Assembly: GCA_965140445.1 (NCBI GenBank)
Contig: OZ223236.1
Span: forward strand, 448,001-512,000
DNA from: Candidatus Ozemobacteraceae bacterium
GTDB lineage: Bacteria > Muiribacteriota > Ozemobacteria > Ozemobacterales > Ozemobacteraceae
Direction of reading: 5' to 3'
Length of the DNA: 64,000 nucleotides
A model generated the notes under the pieces. The model did not search any database and was not told the DNA's origin. It saw only the letters and a program-made list of their open reading frames with translations. The position numbers were made by a program, and so were the translations under genes. Shown here one piece after another: positions 9,091-18,326 of this stretch; the stretch's first letter is position 1; every line of letters begins with the position of its first letter.

Positions 9091-9340
9091 TGGGGACACC
9101 AGACTCTCGGCCATCGTGGGCTTTTGAACAGGATGTTCTATATGCCGCGGAAATCAGGAGGATTGGGAGCGGCGCGCTGTGTTGCTACATAACTTAAGTA
9201 GATTTTTTGGTGATGAACGGCTAGAAGATAATAGGGGCTTTTGACACGACTCTCGCGCATCGTGCGCTCCGCTGTGTTGCTACCTCCTGGGGCACCAGAC
9301 TCTCGGCCATCGTGGCCTTCGCTTAGGTTGCTACCTCCTG
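9091..9340. repeat. Cluster of modular REP-like palindromic units (3 units)
   Basis: Units CAC(C)AGACTCTC-GGCCATCGTGGCC or GCGCATCGTGCGC-..CGCT..GTTGCTAC; the first unit carries a nested ~50-bp insert. Confidence 0.85.
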
Positions 9341-9344
9341 TAGC

Positions 9345-9505
9345 AAAAAAAAAATCCGGGCTCATAAAAATGACCCGGACTGAAAAATAAGGAGGCAAAC
9401 AAATCCATAAACAGTTTCGACCGAAGATGATGTTTTGTTAACCTTTATTTTTCAGGCTTTGAGAGACATTAACAAACAAAAGTAAACAATGAGAAACAAA
9501 CTTCA
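9345..9505 (-). ncRNA. Putative structured sRNA, copy 1 of 3
   Basis: Long stem CTGAAAAATAA...TTATTTTTCAG enclosing CCTCCT, then terminator TCCGGGTCAT-TTTT-ATGAGCCCGGA-T10. 111 bp identical to copy 2. Confidence 0.6.
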
Positions 9506-9590
9506 GCGCCTGTACGTACAAACAAATAGAAAAATTATTCAAAAATTTTGAAAAACTTGAGTTGGAATACAAATAAATAGATTTTCTCTA

Positions 9591-9649
9591 TTTACATTCG
9601 CCTTTTGTTCGCTTACAATTTCTATATAATGAGCGAACAAATAGCGAAT
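9591..9649 (+). promoter_or_regulatory. Sigma70-type promoter TTTACA-N17-TACAAT with two overlapping GTTC-N7-GTTC-like operator boxes
   Basis: -35 at 9591-9596, -10 at 9614-9619; ATTC-N7-GTTC at 9596-9610 and GAAC-N7-GAAT at 9635-9649. Confidence 0.5.
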
Positions 9650-11038
9650 AAAATAAGTATTGTTTCCAGGCCGAATCACGAAAAACTGTCTGGGCTTGCA
9701 GATAAGCTCAGAATTCTTTCGGATGCGGCAAAGTATGATGCTTCCTGTGCTTCAAGTGGAAGCAGTAGAAAAAAACAACCAGGAAGCATTGGCAGTGTTG
9801 CTGCCAGCGGAATTTGCCATAGTTGGGCTGCTGATGGGCGATGTGTTTCATTGTTAAAGGTTCTCTTTACCAACTTTTGTGTTTATGACTGCGCTTATTG
9901 CCTTAACAGAAGTAGCAATGATATTGAAAGGGCTGCATTTACTCCAACTGAGCTGGCTGAGTTAACAATTTCTTTTTATCGCAGAAATTACATTGAAGGG
10001 CTGTTTTTGAGTTCAGGGATTATTAAAAATCCTGATTACACCATGGAGCTATTGATAAGGTGCATTAGGCTCCTACGCGAAGAACATAATTTTGGTGGAT
10101 ACATACATCTCAAAGCAATTCCGGGAGCAGATCAGGAGCTGATTTTTCAGGCTGGAAACCTGGTTGATCGAATGAGCGTTAATTTGGAGCTTCCCAGCCA
10201 GTCCAGTTTAAGCATTCTCGCCCCAGAAAAATCAAAAGAAAACATTCTGACCCCCATGAAAAAGATTCGAGACTGGCATATCGAATATAATCCACAAACA
10301 ACCAGAAGACCTTTACTTACCACATCTAATACTGGTTCGGTTATTCTCCCACAGCAAAAAGCCATATCCTCTTCAAAGAATTTTATTCCGGGGGGACAAA
10401 GCACTCAGCTAATAATTGGCGCATCCCCGGAAGATGATCGCCAGGTCCTGACTCTGTCAGAAAGCCTGTACAAAAAAATGAAGCTAAAGCGGGTTTACTA
10501 TTCTGCATATATTCCAGTAAATCAGGATCGGCGACTACCCTCCACTGATGAAGTTCCTCTACTAAGAGAACATAGGCTGTATCAAGCTGATTGGCTATTA
10601 AGGTTTTATAGTTTTTCAGTAGAAGAGCTCTTTGAAAACGGTCCACCAAACCTTGATACAGATTTTGATCCAAAAGTAATGTGGGCTTTAAGGCATCCAG
10701 AATTGTTTCCTATTGATGTTAACCGTGCAGATCTTGAAACTCTGTTACGTGTTCCGGGGCTTGGTTTAATATCTGCAAGACGCATTATCCAGACCAGGCG
10801 GGTAAGTCCTTTAAAATATGAAGACCTTCCAAAACTTGGACTGGTAATGAAACGCGCTCGGTTCTTTTTGTCCGCGCCCGGTTATGAAAAAGGTGTTCTG
10901 GGTCTTGATCCAACTGTCTTGCGTCAAAGGCTCCTGAGAGTTGAACCGCAAGTTCTAAAGCCACAGCAGCTTTCGTTTAATGATCTACCTGGTTTTCAAC
11001 CTGACATTTTTAGAGATGCAGTAATGGGGCAATTTTAA
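9629..11038 (+). CDS. Putative DNA modification/repair radical SAM protein (TIGR03916 family)
   Basis: KL.IL.DAAKYDASCASSG, GICHSWAADGRCVSLLK, CxxxCxxC (CVYDCAYC), REHRLYQADWLLRFY and HhH motif LLRVPGLG. Start set at ATG 9629. Confidence 0.93.
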   Translation: MSEQIANKISIVSRPNHEKLSGLADKLRILSDAAKYDASCASSGSSRKKQPGSIGSVAASGICHSWAADGRCVSLLKVLFTNFCVYDCAYCLNRSSNDIERAAFTPTELAELTISFYRRNYIEGLFLSSGIIKNPDYTMELLIRCIRLLREEHNFGGYIHLKAIPGADQELIFQAGNLVDRMSVNLELPSQSSLSILAPEKSKENILTPMKKIRDWHIEYNPQTTRRPLLTTSNTGSVILPQQKAISSSKNFIPGGQSTQLIIGASPEDDRQVLTLSESLYKKMKLKRVYYSAYIPVNQDRRLPSTDEVPLLREHRLYQADWLLRFYSFSVEELFENGPPNLDTDFDPKVMWALRHPELFPIDVNRADLETLLRVPGLGLISARRIIQTRRVSPLKYEDLPKLGLVMKRARFFLSAPGYEKGVLGLDPTVLRQRLLRVEPQVLKPQQLSFNDLPGFQPDIFRDAVMGQF

Positions 11039-11796
11039 TGGAAATTCTTCGATACGATGGTTCTTTTTATAGTTTTATCTGCAATCTAACAGGCTTTCTA
11101 AAGAAAAAGCAGCTTCCAGATGGAATAGAGCGTGAAAATACCCGGCAACCATCACTTTTTACTCTGGAGGAAGATCAACAGACATCAACTACAAGCCTTA
11201 GCGAGTCTATTAGTTATGATCCGGAGGTGTTCAGAATTCCTGGAATTAGCCGGGAAACATGGAATAATGCATGGCATGCTTTCCTTTCTGAAAATACAAA
11301 TATTGAAATGGAAATTGCTCAATATCTGCTTCTTGCACTAGAAAAGCGACATAAAGTAGATTTATTTTTAACAGATCCGCGAGTAAATAAAATTCAGCGC
11401 ATTGCCCGGCGTGTTCTTTCTGAAAGACACAGATTCATGGGCCTTTTGCGATTTCGTACCGTTGGTGAAAATCTGTATTATGCTTCAATTCGTCCCGATA
11501 ACTTTATTCTGCCAATAATAGCTCCTTTTTTTGTCGAACGCTTCTCTGACCAGAATTGGATCATTCACGATCAAAAGCGGGAACTGGCCGCCATATATAA
11601 TCTCAAAACATGGACCATTGCAGAACGTAACGCTATCGACCTTCCCAAAACTTCTCAAGAAGAAAAAGAAATCCAAAACCTATGGCAATGCTTTTTTGAT
11701 AGCATTGCCATCAAAGAGCGGCTTAATCTAGCTCTGCAACAAAAGTTTATCCCCAAAAAATACCAGCAAGATCTGATAGAGAAGCTAGGAAGCTAA
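11038..11796 (+). CDS. TIGR03915/DUF4130 putative DNA repair protein
   Basis: YDGSF, E.HRF.GLLRF, P.NFILP.IAP.F..RF.DQ.WII.D, LW..FF.SIAI.ER.N; usual partner of TIGR03916, stop and start overlap. Confidence 0.9.
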   Translation: MEILRYDGSFYSFICNLTGFLKKKQLPDGIERENTRQPSLFTLEEDQQTSTTSLSESISYDPEVFRIPGISRETWNNAWHAFLSENTNIEMEIAQYLLLALEKRHKVDLFLTDPRVNKIQRIARRVLSERHRFMGLLRFRTVGENLYYASIRPDNFILPIIAPFFVERFSDQNWIIHDQKRELAAIYNLKTWTIAERNAIDLPKTSQEEKEIQNLWQCFFDSIAIKERLNLALQQKFIPKKYQQDLIEKLGS

Positions 11797-11799
11797 TGC

Positions 11800-12050
11800 A
11801 ACTCACAACCATCGTGGCCTTTTGAACAGGATGTTCTATATGCCGCGGAAATCAGGAGGATTGGGAGCGGCGCGCTGGGTTGCTACACCCTAAGGCACCA
11901 GACTCTCGGCCATCGTGGCCTTTTGAACAGGATGTTCTATATGCCGCGAAAATCAGGATGATTGGGAGCGGCGCGCTTAGGTTGCTACCTCCATGGGCAT
12001 CACGACTCTCGCGCATCGTGCGCTCCGCTGTGTTGCCCCATCCATGGGGC
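11800..12050. repeat. Second cluster of modular REP-like units (3 units, two with nested insert)
   Basis: Same modules as 9091-9340 in a different order. Confidence 0.85.
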
Positions 12051-12210
12051 AAAAAAAAATCCGGGCTCATAAAAATGACCCGGACTGAAAAATAAGGAGG
12101 CAAACAAATCCATAAACAGTTTCGACCGAAGATGATGTTTTGTTAACCTTTATTTTTCAGGCTTTGAGAGGCATTAATAAACAAAAACAAACAATTACAA
12201 ACAAACTTAA
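12051..12210 (-). ncRNA. Putative structured sRNA, copy 2 of 3
   Basis: 12060-12170 identical to 9355-9465; GTACGTAC at 12217-12224. Confidence 0.6.
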
Positions 12211-12317
12211 TCTGAGGTACGTACCAGCGGATTAAAACTTTTTTAAGTTTTTTTTTCGGGCTTTAAATCAAATCCCCACACACAATGATTAGATAAGCTT
12301 CTGAGCTATTTTTAATT

Positions 12318-14984
12318 CTAATAAGAGACAATCTCTATTGGCAAAAATAAGCGCATTATTCTTACATTATTGGTGAACCAAAGATATCTTTGGTCAAACA
12401 TCAAAGAACTAACCCCTGGTCGGCTGAACCGCTCCCATATTTTACCGTCCCAAAGATTGATTGCCCCAGTATTTGTTCCAGCCAGTTTAGCCCTCAATCT
12501 GTAAGGATTCCTTGTTTCACAAAACAACGCGGGTGAAATATCACCATTTCTAGAATTGCCATCTGGATCGTAATCCTTGTTATATGCCACGGCAATAATA
12601 AACGGGTAATCAGCATCGTCTGGAGCTGCAGCAATAGCGGTGATTCTATCAGAATGAAACCCACACTCGGCAGTTAAGATGTCCTTAATTTTTAAATCCG
12701 GCTCAACATAAAGAAGCCCGCTCAAAGCACCAACCCAAAGCCGATTGAACTTATCAACCGCCATACATGTGTAACGCCTTTTTGGAACTGGAATCTTTAC
12801 GAGGGATTCTCCATCAAAAATGGACAAGCTCTGCTCATGAAGTATGGCAACCCTGTTTCCATGAATTGTTTTCCATAAAGCTACTGATTTAACTGAACAG
12901 GGTGATGTCAAATCATCCTCTTTTGTGTCCATATCTATTCTTTTCCAGCTGGCAGGAGTAATGTCTTCAGGTTCAAGGCAATGCGACTTTTCCAGCATAT
13001 AAAGTCCGGAAGATTTGGTTCCAAAATACATACATGAACCAATTCTTTTGACGCAAAGAATTTCTTCGTATTTGGCCCAGGGAAGCTGTCCTTCGCTGAT
13101 TTCTACCCATTCATCACTAAAGTCCTGTTTTGCATTTACAGAGCTATCGAGCATAAACAGCTTATTTTCATCAAATACGGCCCAGACTCTTTCATCAAAA
13201 TCCACATCGAAATCCACAATTTCTACGGATGGAATGGGATGAAAAGGGCATGGCCGGTTCTGGCTGGCAATAGAAAACAATTGTCTTCCTTCTTTATCAA
13301 ACAATCCAGCTTTGGTTTTGATCACGATTACAGGAGGATAATTAATAGTATTAGAAGCAACTTCAATGGTTTCTGCGATCTGTTCTGCCGTAACGTCCTC
13401 AAAATTTTCTGCCTCTATAACAAGCTGATTTAATGGACCGCAAAGAGTTTTCATATCAAGAGAAGAATAGATCTCATCCAGTTTGGCAGTCATGAAATCC
13501 AGAGGCTGCTCTTTACAATAATGATGCCATGTACATTCCCCATCTTTAAATTCGGGTTTTTCTAAGGCTGTCGAATTGTCCTCAAGCAAAGTATTAGTCT
13601 GAGGATCATTTTTGGGGCTTTCGTATCTCCCGGCAAGCTTATAATTTACCTGCATAGTCCCCAATAATGGGGAAGAGGGAAACACATAACGGGATATTCC
13701 CTTTTCATGTGAAACCCACATATCTTTTCCACGCAATATCTTCTTGTAGGAAATGAAAGGCTCAATTGGATAACATTTATGAGAGGGATAACCATAAACT
13801 CTGGGGCCCCAAAAACTCATAAAAGGCCAGAAAGTCTTGGCGAAAAAGGGAGTTGTCCCCTTAAATTCAAACTCATCATATTGCGAGTAGTCTTCAATTC
13901 CAAACATGGTGAGGCCAGCATCACTTAAAACAGCAATCTTTCGTGCCCCTGGAAGAAAGTAAACCTTATTAATTGTATCCGACGGAAGAGCACTATTGAG
14001 GCTGGTAAAATTATACCAACGCCCCTCATCAAACTTCCATAGGCCCTTTCCCTTAGTACCAACGTAAAGAATTCTTGTTCCGAGCAGCTCATCCAAAACT
14101 CTGTCTTCCTTCTTTACTTTATACTTAACCACATCTCTTTCTTCATCAGGACAGGTGGTTAAGCAGCTTATCCAAGTGTCTTTTTCAGGAAGCTGTGCTT
14201 TGCCAATCATTCTAAGATTTTTAATTAACCCCATGTGATTCTGGGTGACAGCAATAATGCACTCTCCACCAGACTTTGTAAAAGACCAAAAATCATTAAC
14301 CCAATCAGAGAACAATTCGCCTTCATTCAGAATATCGTTTCCGTTATCAGCCCGAACCAGCCCTTTACCCTTAGTTGAATAAATGCCACCTCCAGGATAA
14401 TCCATCGCCAGTGCAGTAATCCCAATAGAAACAATTTTATTTGTCTCGGTTTTACCTATGTTCATTGAATCCACAACCGAAAAACTCACACCAGCTGCTT
14501 TATGAAAGATATTTGTTTTGTAAATCCAACCGCCAAAACAACCAACATAAAGGGTGTTTCCAACCACCTGTAAAACTTCGGTGTCGACTGTTGCCAGGCC
14601 ACTATCTATACCATAATAGCTAACTACAGGCGGCTCTTCGGGAAATTTTTCAAGTTCGACGCAGAAAATACCAGATGAGGTCGCAGCCCAGAGATTCCCA
14701 TATTCATCAAAGTCCATAGACCTGATTGCGAGCCCAGCCATTTTTTCAGAATAATCATTTACCTTCTTCCATCTGCTATCTCCGTCACAAAACAGTCCTA
14801 TTCCATTGTCCGACCCCACTGCCATAACGCCCTTCTTAATGGCAAGACAAGTCAGGTTATTGCTGGGAAGACCAGAACGTGTATTCCAGGTAAGCCATGT
14901 TTGACCGGCAAAAGATGTCTGCGCAAAAAAAATTAGTGCTAACAAAAGCAGATTTATAAAGGTTATGCGTTTTTTAAGAAACAA
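12318..14984 (-). CDS. Secreted beta-propeller protein (two-component-regulator propeller-like repeats)
   Basis: Signal peptide; repeats GLPSNNLTCLAI, IRSMDFDEYGNLWAAT, SALPSDTINKV, CMAVDKFNRLWVG. Confidence 0.7.
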   Translation of the reverse strand: MFLKKRITFINLLLLALIFFAQTSFAGQTWLTWNTRSGLPSNNLTCLAIKKGVMAVGSDNGIGLFCDGDSRWKKVNDYSEKMAGLAIRSMDFDEYGNLWAATSSGIFCVELEKFPEEPPVVSYYGIDSGLATVDTEVLQVVGNTLYVGCFGGWIYKTNIFHKAAGVSFSVVDSMNIGKTETNKIVSIGITALAMDYPGGGIYSTKGKGLVRADNGNDILNEGELFSDWVNDFWSFTKSGGECIIAVTQNHMGLIKNLRMIGKAQLPEKDTWISCLTTCPDEERDVVKYKVKKEDRVLDELLGTRILYVGTKGKGLWKFDEGRWYNFTSLNSALPSDTINKVYFLPGARKIAVLSDAGLTMFGIEDYSQYDEFEFKGTTPFFAKTFWPFMSFWGPRVYGYPSHKCYPIEPFISYKKILRGKDMWVSHEKGISRYVFPSSPLLGTMQVNYKLAGRYESPKNDPQTNTLLEDNSTALEKPEFKDGECTWHHYCKEQPLDFMTAKLDEIYSSLDMKTLCGPLNQLVIEAENFEDVTAEQIAETIEVASNTINYPPVIVIKTKAGLFDKEGRQLFSIASQNRPCPFHPIPSVEIVDFDVDFDERVWAVFDENKLFMLDSSVNAKQDFSDEWVEISEGQLPWAKYEEILCVKRIGSCMYFGTKSSGLYMLEKSHCLEPEDITPASWKRIDMDTKEDDLTSPCSVKSVALWKTIHGNRVAILHEQSLSIFDGESLVKIPVPKRRYTCMAVDKFNRLWVGALSGLLYVEPDLKIKDILTAECGFHSDRITAIAAAPDDADYPFIIAVAYNKDYDPDGNSRNGDISPALFCETRNPYRLRAKLAGTNTGAINLWDGKIWERFSRPGVSSLMFDQRYLWFTNNVRIMRLFLPIEIVSY

Positions 14985-15126
14985 AATACTAAATCCCTCT
15001 TACTTGTTTTTTTTAATGATACCCTAATAATAGAAGAACCAAAAGAAACTGCTTTTAACTAAAGCCTTACGATTCCGGCCTAAAGTGTTATAATTTTCGA
15101 GACAAAAATAATTCGCGGGGAAAGTA

Positions 15127-16659
15127 ATGAGAAAAAGAACTCTATTCTTGGCATTTTGCTTAATTCTCTTGAATTGCTCTTCATTTGCGCATGATTATAA
15201 AAACAAGCATTCATTTTGGAAGGAATTTACAGAAATCTCCAAAATTTACCGGCCTTCAAAGGGCGAACAAAAAATAACCGAATACATTTTAAGAAAAGCA
15301 AAGCTAAAATCCTGCAAAAGCTTCGTAGATGAATCTGGAAATATCTCTATTGAAATCCCAGCCACAAAAGGCAATGAGAGCCTGCCGGCAATTATTCTTC
15401 AATCTCACCTTGATATGGTTTGTGTTGCAAAAGAGAACTCTGATTTTGTCTGGGGCAAAGATTTCATAGAGACTCGCGTAGAAGATGGCTGGTTATGCGC
15501 CACCAAAACCTCGTTAGGTGCTGATAATGGCATAGGAGTTGCCGCAATGCTGGATGTTTTGAACTCCCCACCAAAATCACACGGGCCAATCCAACTTCTT
15601 TTTACTACAGATGAAGAAGGCGATTTCTCCGGAGTCTGCGCTTTGAAACCAGAGCAGTTTAAAGGAAATTATTTATTGAATCTCGATAGTGAAGAAGCTG
15701 GAGAATTTAATGTGGGTTGTGCTGGTGGACAAGCTGATGAATTAAAAATACCCCTGTGTTTTGAGAAAATAAGTCCTTCAGAAAAGGTTTTCGAAATTTC
15801 TATTTCAGGCGGTCTTGGAGGTCATTCTGGAGTCGATATTCATAGAGAAAGAGCGAACGCAATATCAGAGCTGTTCAAATTGCTATGCCGAGTAAATAAA
15901 GTGATACCCATAAAGTTGGTAAATTTTTCTGGAGGAACCTCAGACACAGCGATTCCATCAGAGGCAAAAGCGACTTTTGTTTGCCGGGAAACAGATGAAA
16001 ACAGGCTTAAAAAACAAATAAAATTCTGTTTTACGATATTAAAATACCGATTCAGCAAAACAGACAAAAATCTCGTCCCTGAAACTAAAGCTAAAAAGCA
16101 CAAAATAGTCAGATGCATTAGTAAAGAATGCTCTGATAGAATAATTCGTTGTTTCAGCGACATACCAAGTGGAGTATTGGCAATGAGCAAATCATGGCCA
16201 GGAAATGTTCAAACTTCCATGAATCCAGGATTACTCAAAATTGATAGCAATTCTGCTTACTTAAAAACCCATATTCAAGCAACTTCAATCTCCTGTATTT
16301 CTAAACTTTCAAAGCGAATCAATAGAATTGCAAAAGGCGGTGGAGCAATACATATAGCTGGTTTACCATATAGACCATGGGAAGCAGACAGAAATTCTGA
16401 TCTTATCAAGGAATCAGTCAAGATCCACCAAAAGATTTTTGGAACTCTGCCCAAGCTTAAAGTTGTTCATGCTGGCGTAGAATGCGGAGAAATAAAACAC
16501 ATTTCCCCATCAATTCAAATGATCTCTTTTGGTCCAGATATCAGGAACGCCCACACTGTTGATGAAAAAGTAAAAATTGATACAGTTGAAAACTTCTTAG
16601 ACCTGCTTAGAGCCATGGTTATAGGATTACCAAAAGCCTTAAACCATAAATTAAATTGA
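15127..16659 (+). CDS. pepD: Aminoacyl-histidine dipeptidase, M20 family, with N-terminal signal peptide
   Basis: LQSHLDMV, LGADNGIG, TTDEE, LNLDSEE, GGHSGVDIH, HAGVECG, FGP.I..AHT.DE. Confidence 0.9.
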   Translation: MRKRTLFLAFCLILLNCSSFAHDYKNKHSFWKEFTEISKIYRPSKGEQKITEYILRKAKLKSCKSFVDESGNISIEIPATKGNESLPAIILQSHLDMVCVAKENSDFVWGKDFIETRVEDGWLCATKTSLGADNGIGVAAMLDVLNSPPKSHGPIQLLFTTDEEGDFSGVCALKPEQFKGNYLLNLDSEEAGEFNVGCAGGQADELKIPLCFEKISPSEKVFEISISGGLGGHSGVDIHRERANAISELFKLLCRVNKVIPIKLVNFSGGTSDTAIPSEAKATFVCRETDENRLKKQIKFCFTILKYRFSKTDKNLVPETKAKKHKIVRCISKECSDRIIRCFSDIPSGVLAMSKSWPGNVQTSMNPGLLKIDSNSAYLKTHIQATSISCISKLSKRINRIAKGGGAIHIAGLPYRPWEADRNSDLIKESVKIHQKIFGTLPKLKVVHAGVECGEIKHISPSIQMISFGPDIRNAHTVDEKVKIDTVENFLDLLRAMVIGLPKALNHKLN

Positions 16660-16700
16660 GCCAGTTTGATTTTCTTCCAAATTTGCTGAAGGCATTTAAT

Positions 16701-17312
16701 ATGAAAAATAAAATTCCCCCACTGAAATTCGAAACCAAAAGGTTAGTTGTAAGACCTTTAACAAGAAGTGATTATAGGGAATGGAAACGTTCACACCTGG
16801 AATCCCTGCCTTCCCAATCACAGTTTGATGAAAGCTGCGAGGAAGAAAGTGAATTGAGCTTTTCTAATTTCCTGGCTGATTTAAAGCGCTTTAGAAAAAA
16901 AGCTGAAATTGGTGAAACCTACAATTTCTTTGCTTTTCAAAAAAGCGACGGGCGACTAATTGGCGGATGCCAGTTCTGGCTGGTGCAAAGATATGAGTGC
17001 CAAAGAACTTCAATGGGATACTGGATATTTAATAACTATTGGAAACAGGGCTTCGGCTTTGAACTGGCAAGTGGACTAATAAACCACGGCTTAAAGAAAA
17101 TGAAATTAAACCGCATAGAAGCTGAAATTCTTCCTGATAATATTCCATCCATAGAATTATCAAAAAAAGTAGGAATGACCTTTGAGGGAATCAGAAGAAA
17201 CTCCATGTATTTTGATGGAAGCTGGCATGATCACGCCATTTATGCAATTACCGCTGACGATATAGGCATCATTGATCGGGCACCAGAAAGTGAGTTTACG
17301 GCATTCGTTTAG
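16701..17312 (+). CDS. RimJ/RimL-family GNAT N-acetyltransferase
   Basis: ETKRLVVRP, MGYWI...YW.QGFG.E, LNRIEAEI.P.N..S..L..K.G..FEG.RR, WHDH.IY. Confidence 0.88.
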   Translation: MKNKIPPLKFETKRLVVRPLTRSDYREWKRSHLESLPSQSQFDESCEEESELSFSNFLADLKRFRKKAEIGETYNFFAFQKSDGRLIGGCQFWLVQRYECQRTSMGYWIFNNYWKQGFGFELASGLINHGLKKMKLNRIEAEILPDNIPSIELSKKVGMTFEGIRRNSMYFDGSWHDHAIYAITADDIGIIDRAPESEFTAFV

Positions 17313-17348
17313 AGAAACACCATCTACTGGCCGCCATTATTAGACTTA

Positions 17349-18323
17349 TCAAGGGGTTCTAGTTTTTTGCTTTCTTTTGATTCGAAAGTTTCGTCGGTCT
17401 GATCCTTTTTCCATTTTATGTTTCTGCATAAACTTTTCTCTGAGAGCTTTTCTATCAACATTTTCTTTATCAGCATCATGATTCTGCATAAACTTTTCCC
17501 GAAGTGATTTTCTAATTTTTTGACGATCCTGATTCAAATCTGGTTTATCTCCATCCCTTTTACGGTTTTGAAACCTTTGCCGCATATTCTCTTTATCTGA
17601 ACCTTTTTGTTTTTCTATGTTTCCCATACCTTCTCTAAATTTTCTGATTTCTTTCCAACGGTTCTTGAATGGCCGTTTATTTTCATTAGATTGCCCCTCA
17701 CCCCCAAAACTATTGCGGCGAAACTCTTTTATCTCATTATCTCTGCGCAAAGGATTTTGTTTTTGATTTCTCTTTTCCTGAAGCCTTTTAAATGCAGGTC
17801 TGAACTGGCCATTTTTTTCAGAACTTCCATTTTGGTTTCCCATTCCTGGCCTACGTCTGTTATCGTCAGGATTAAATCTGCCCTGATTACTTTTATGGTC
17901 TAAAAAGTTCTTATTATTCTGGCGATTGAAATGTCTTTTTCTAAACTGCTCTCTTTTTTCAGGAGAAAACTCTTTAAAGCGCTTGAATTTCTTTCGCACC
18001 TGCTCTCTTTTTTTCTTATCAAAGCTTTTCATTCTTTTGTAGTTTGATCTAATTCGCTCTTGCTCAGCCGGTTTCAGCGTTTTAATTTTCCTGAAATTCT
18101 TTTCCAGTTTCTTAAATTTTGCTTCTGACATGGATTTGGCGATTGTTCTAATCTTATTTTTCTGCTCTTCTGAAAGTTCCTGCCAGCGCTTTAACTTTTC
18201 CTGGTATGTCATCCCCTCTTTGTTTGTAGTTTCTTGCGCAAAAAGTGGCCCAATTGCGGTCGTAATAAAACACAACTGCATTAGAATAAAAAGTAGGATT
18301 GAAGCTATTTTGCGCCTGTTCAT
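17349..18323 (-). CDS. DUF3106-like secreted, highly charged protein
   Basis: Signal peptide; repeats WQELSEEQK, LKPAEQERI, FSPEKREQFR; downstream of an anti-sigma gene. Confidence 0.7.
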   Translation of the reverse strand: MNRRKIASILLFILMQLCFITTAIGPLFAQETTNKEGMTYQEKLKRWQELSEEQKNKIRTIAKSMSEAKFKKLEKNFRKIKTLKPAEQERIRSNYKRMKSFDKKKREQVRKKFKRFKEFSPEKREQFRKRHFNRQNNKNFLDHKSNQGRFNPDDNRRRPGMGNQNGSSEKNGQFRPAFKRLQEKRNQKQNPLRRDNEIKEFRRNSFGGEGQSNENKRPFKNRWKEIRKFREGMGNIEKQKGSDKENMRQRFQNRKRDGDKPDLNQDRQKIRKSLREKFMQNHDADKENVDRKALREKFMQKHKMEKGSDRRNFRIKRKQKTRTP

Positions 18324-18326
18324 AAG

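Noticed and set aside
9091..9340. CRISPR array (also 11800-12050)
   Set aside because: Units vary in length and sequence, abut each other without unique constant-length spacers, and no cas genes are in the window.
9138..9398. ORFs MPPYFSVRVIFMSPDFF... (also 11852-12103 and 11880-12095)
   Set aside because: They run through a terminator and palindromic repeats, diverge after the poly-T tract and lack an RBS.
9345..9519. Type I toxin-antitoxin locus or 6S RNA as the identity of the three-copy element
   Set aside because: The plus-strand AAGGAGG has no start codon at usable spacing and no hydrophobic peptide is conserved. The rod is only about 85 nt with no central bubble.
13701..13716. Second parS-like sequence CTTTTCATGTGAAACC
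   Set aside because: Four mismatches to consensus inside a CDS; likely chance.
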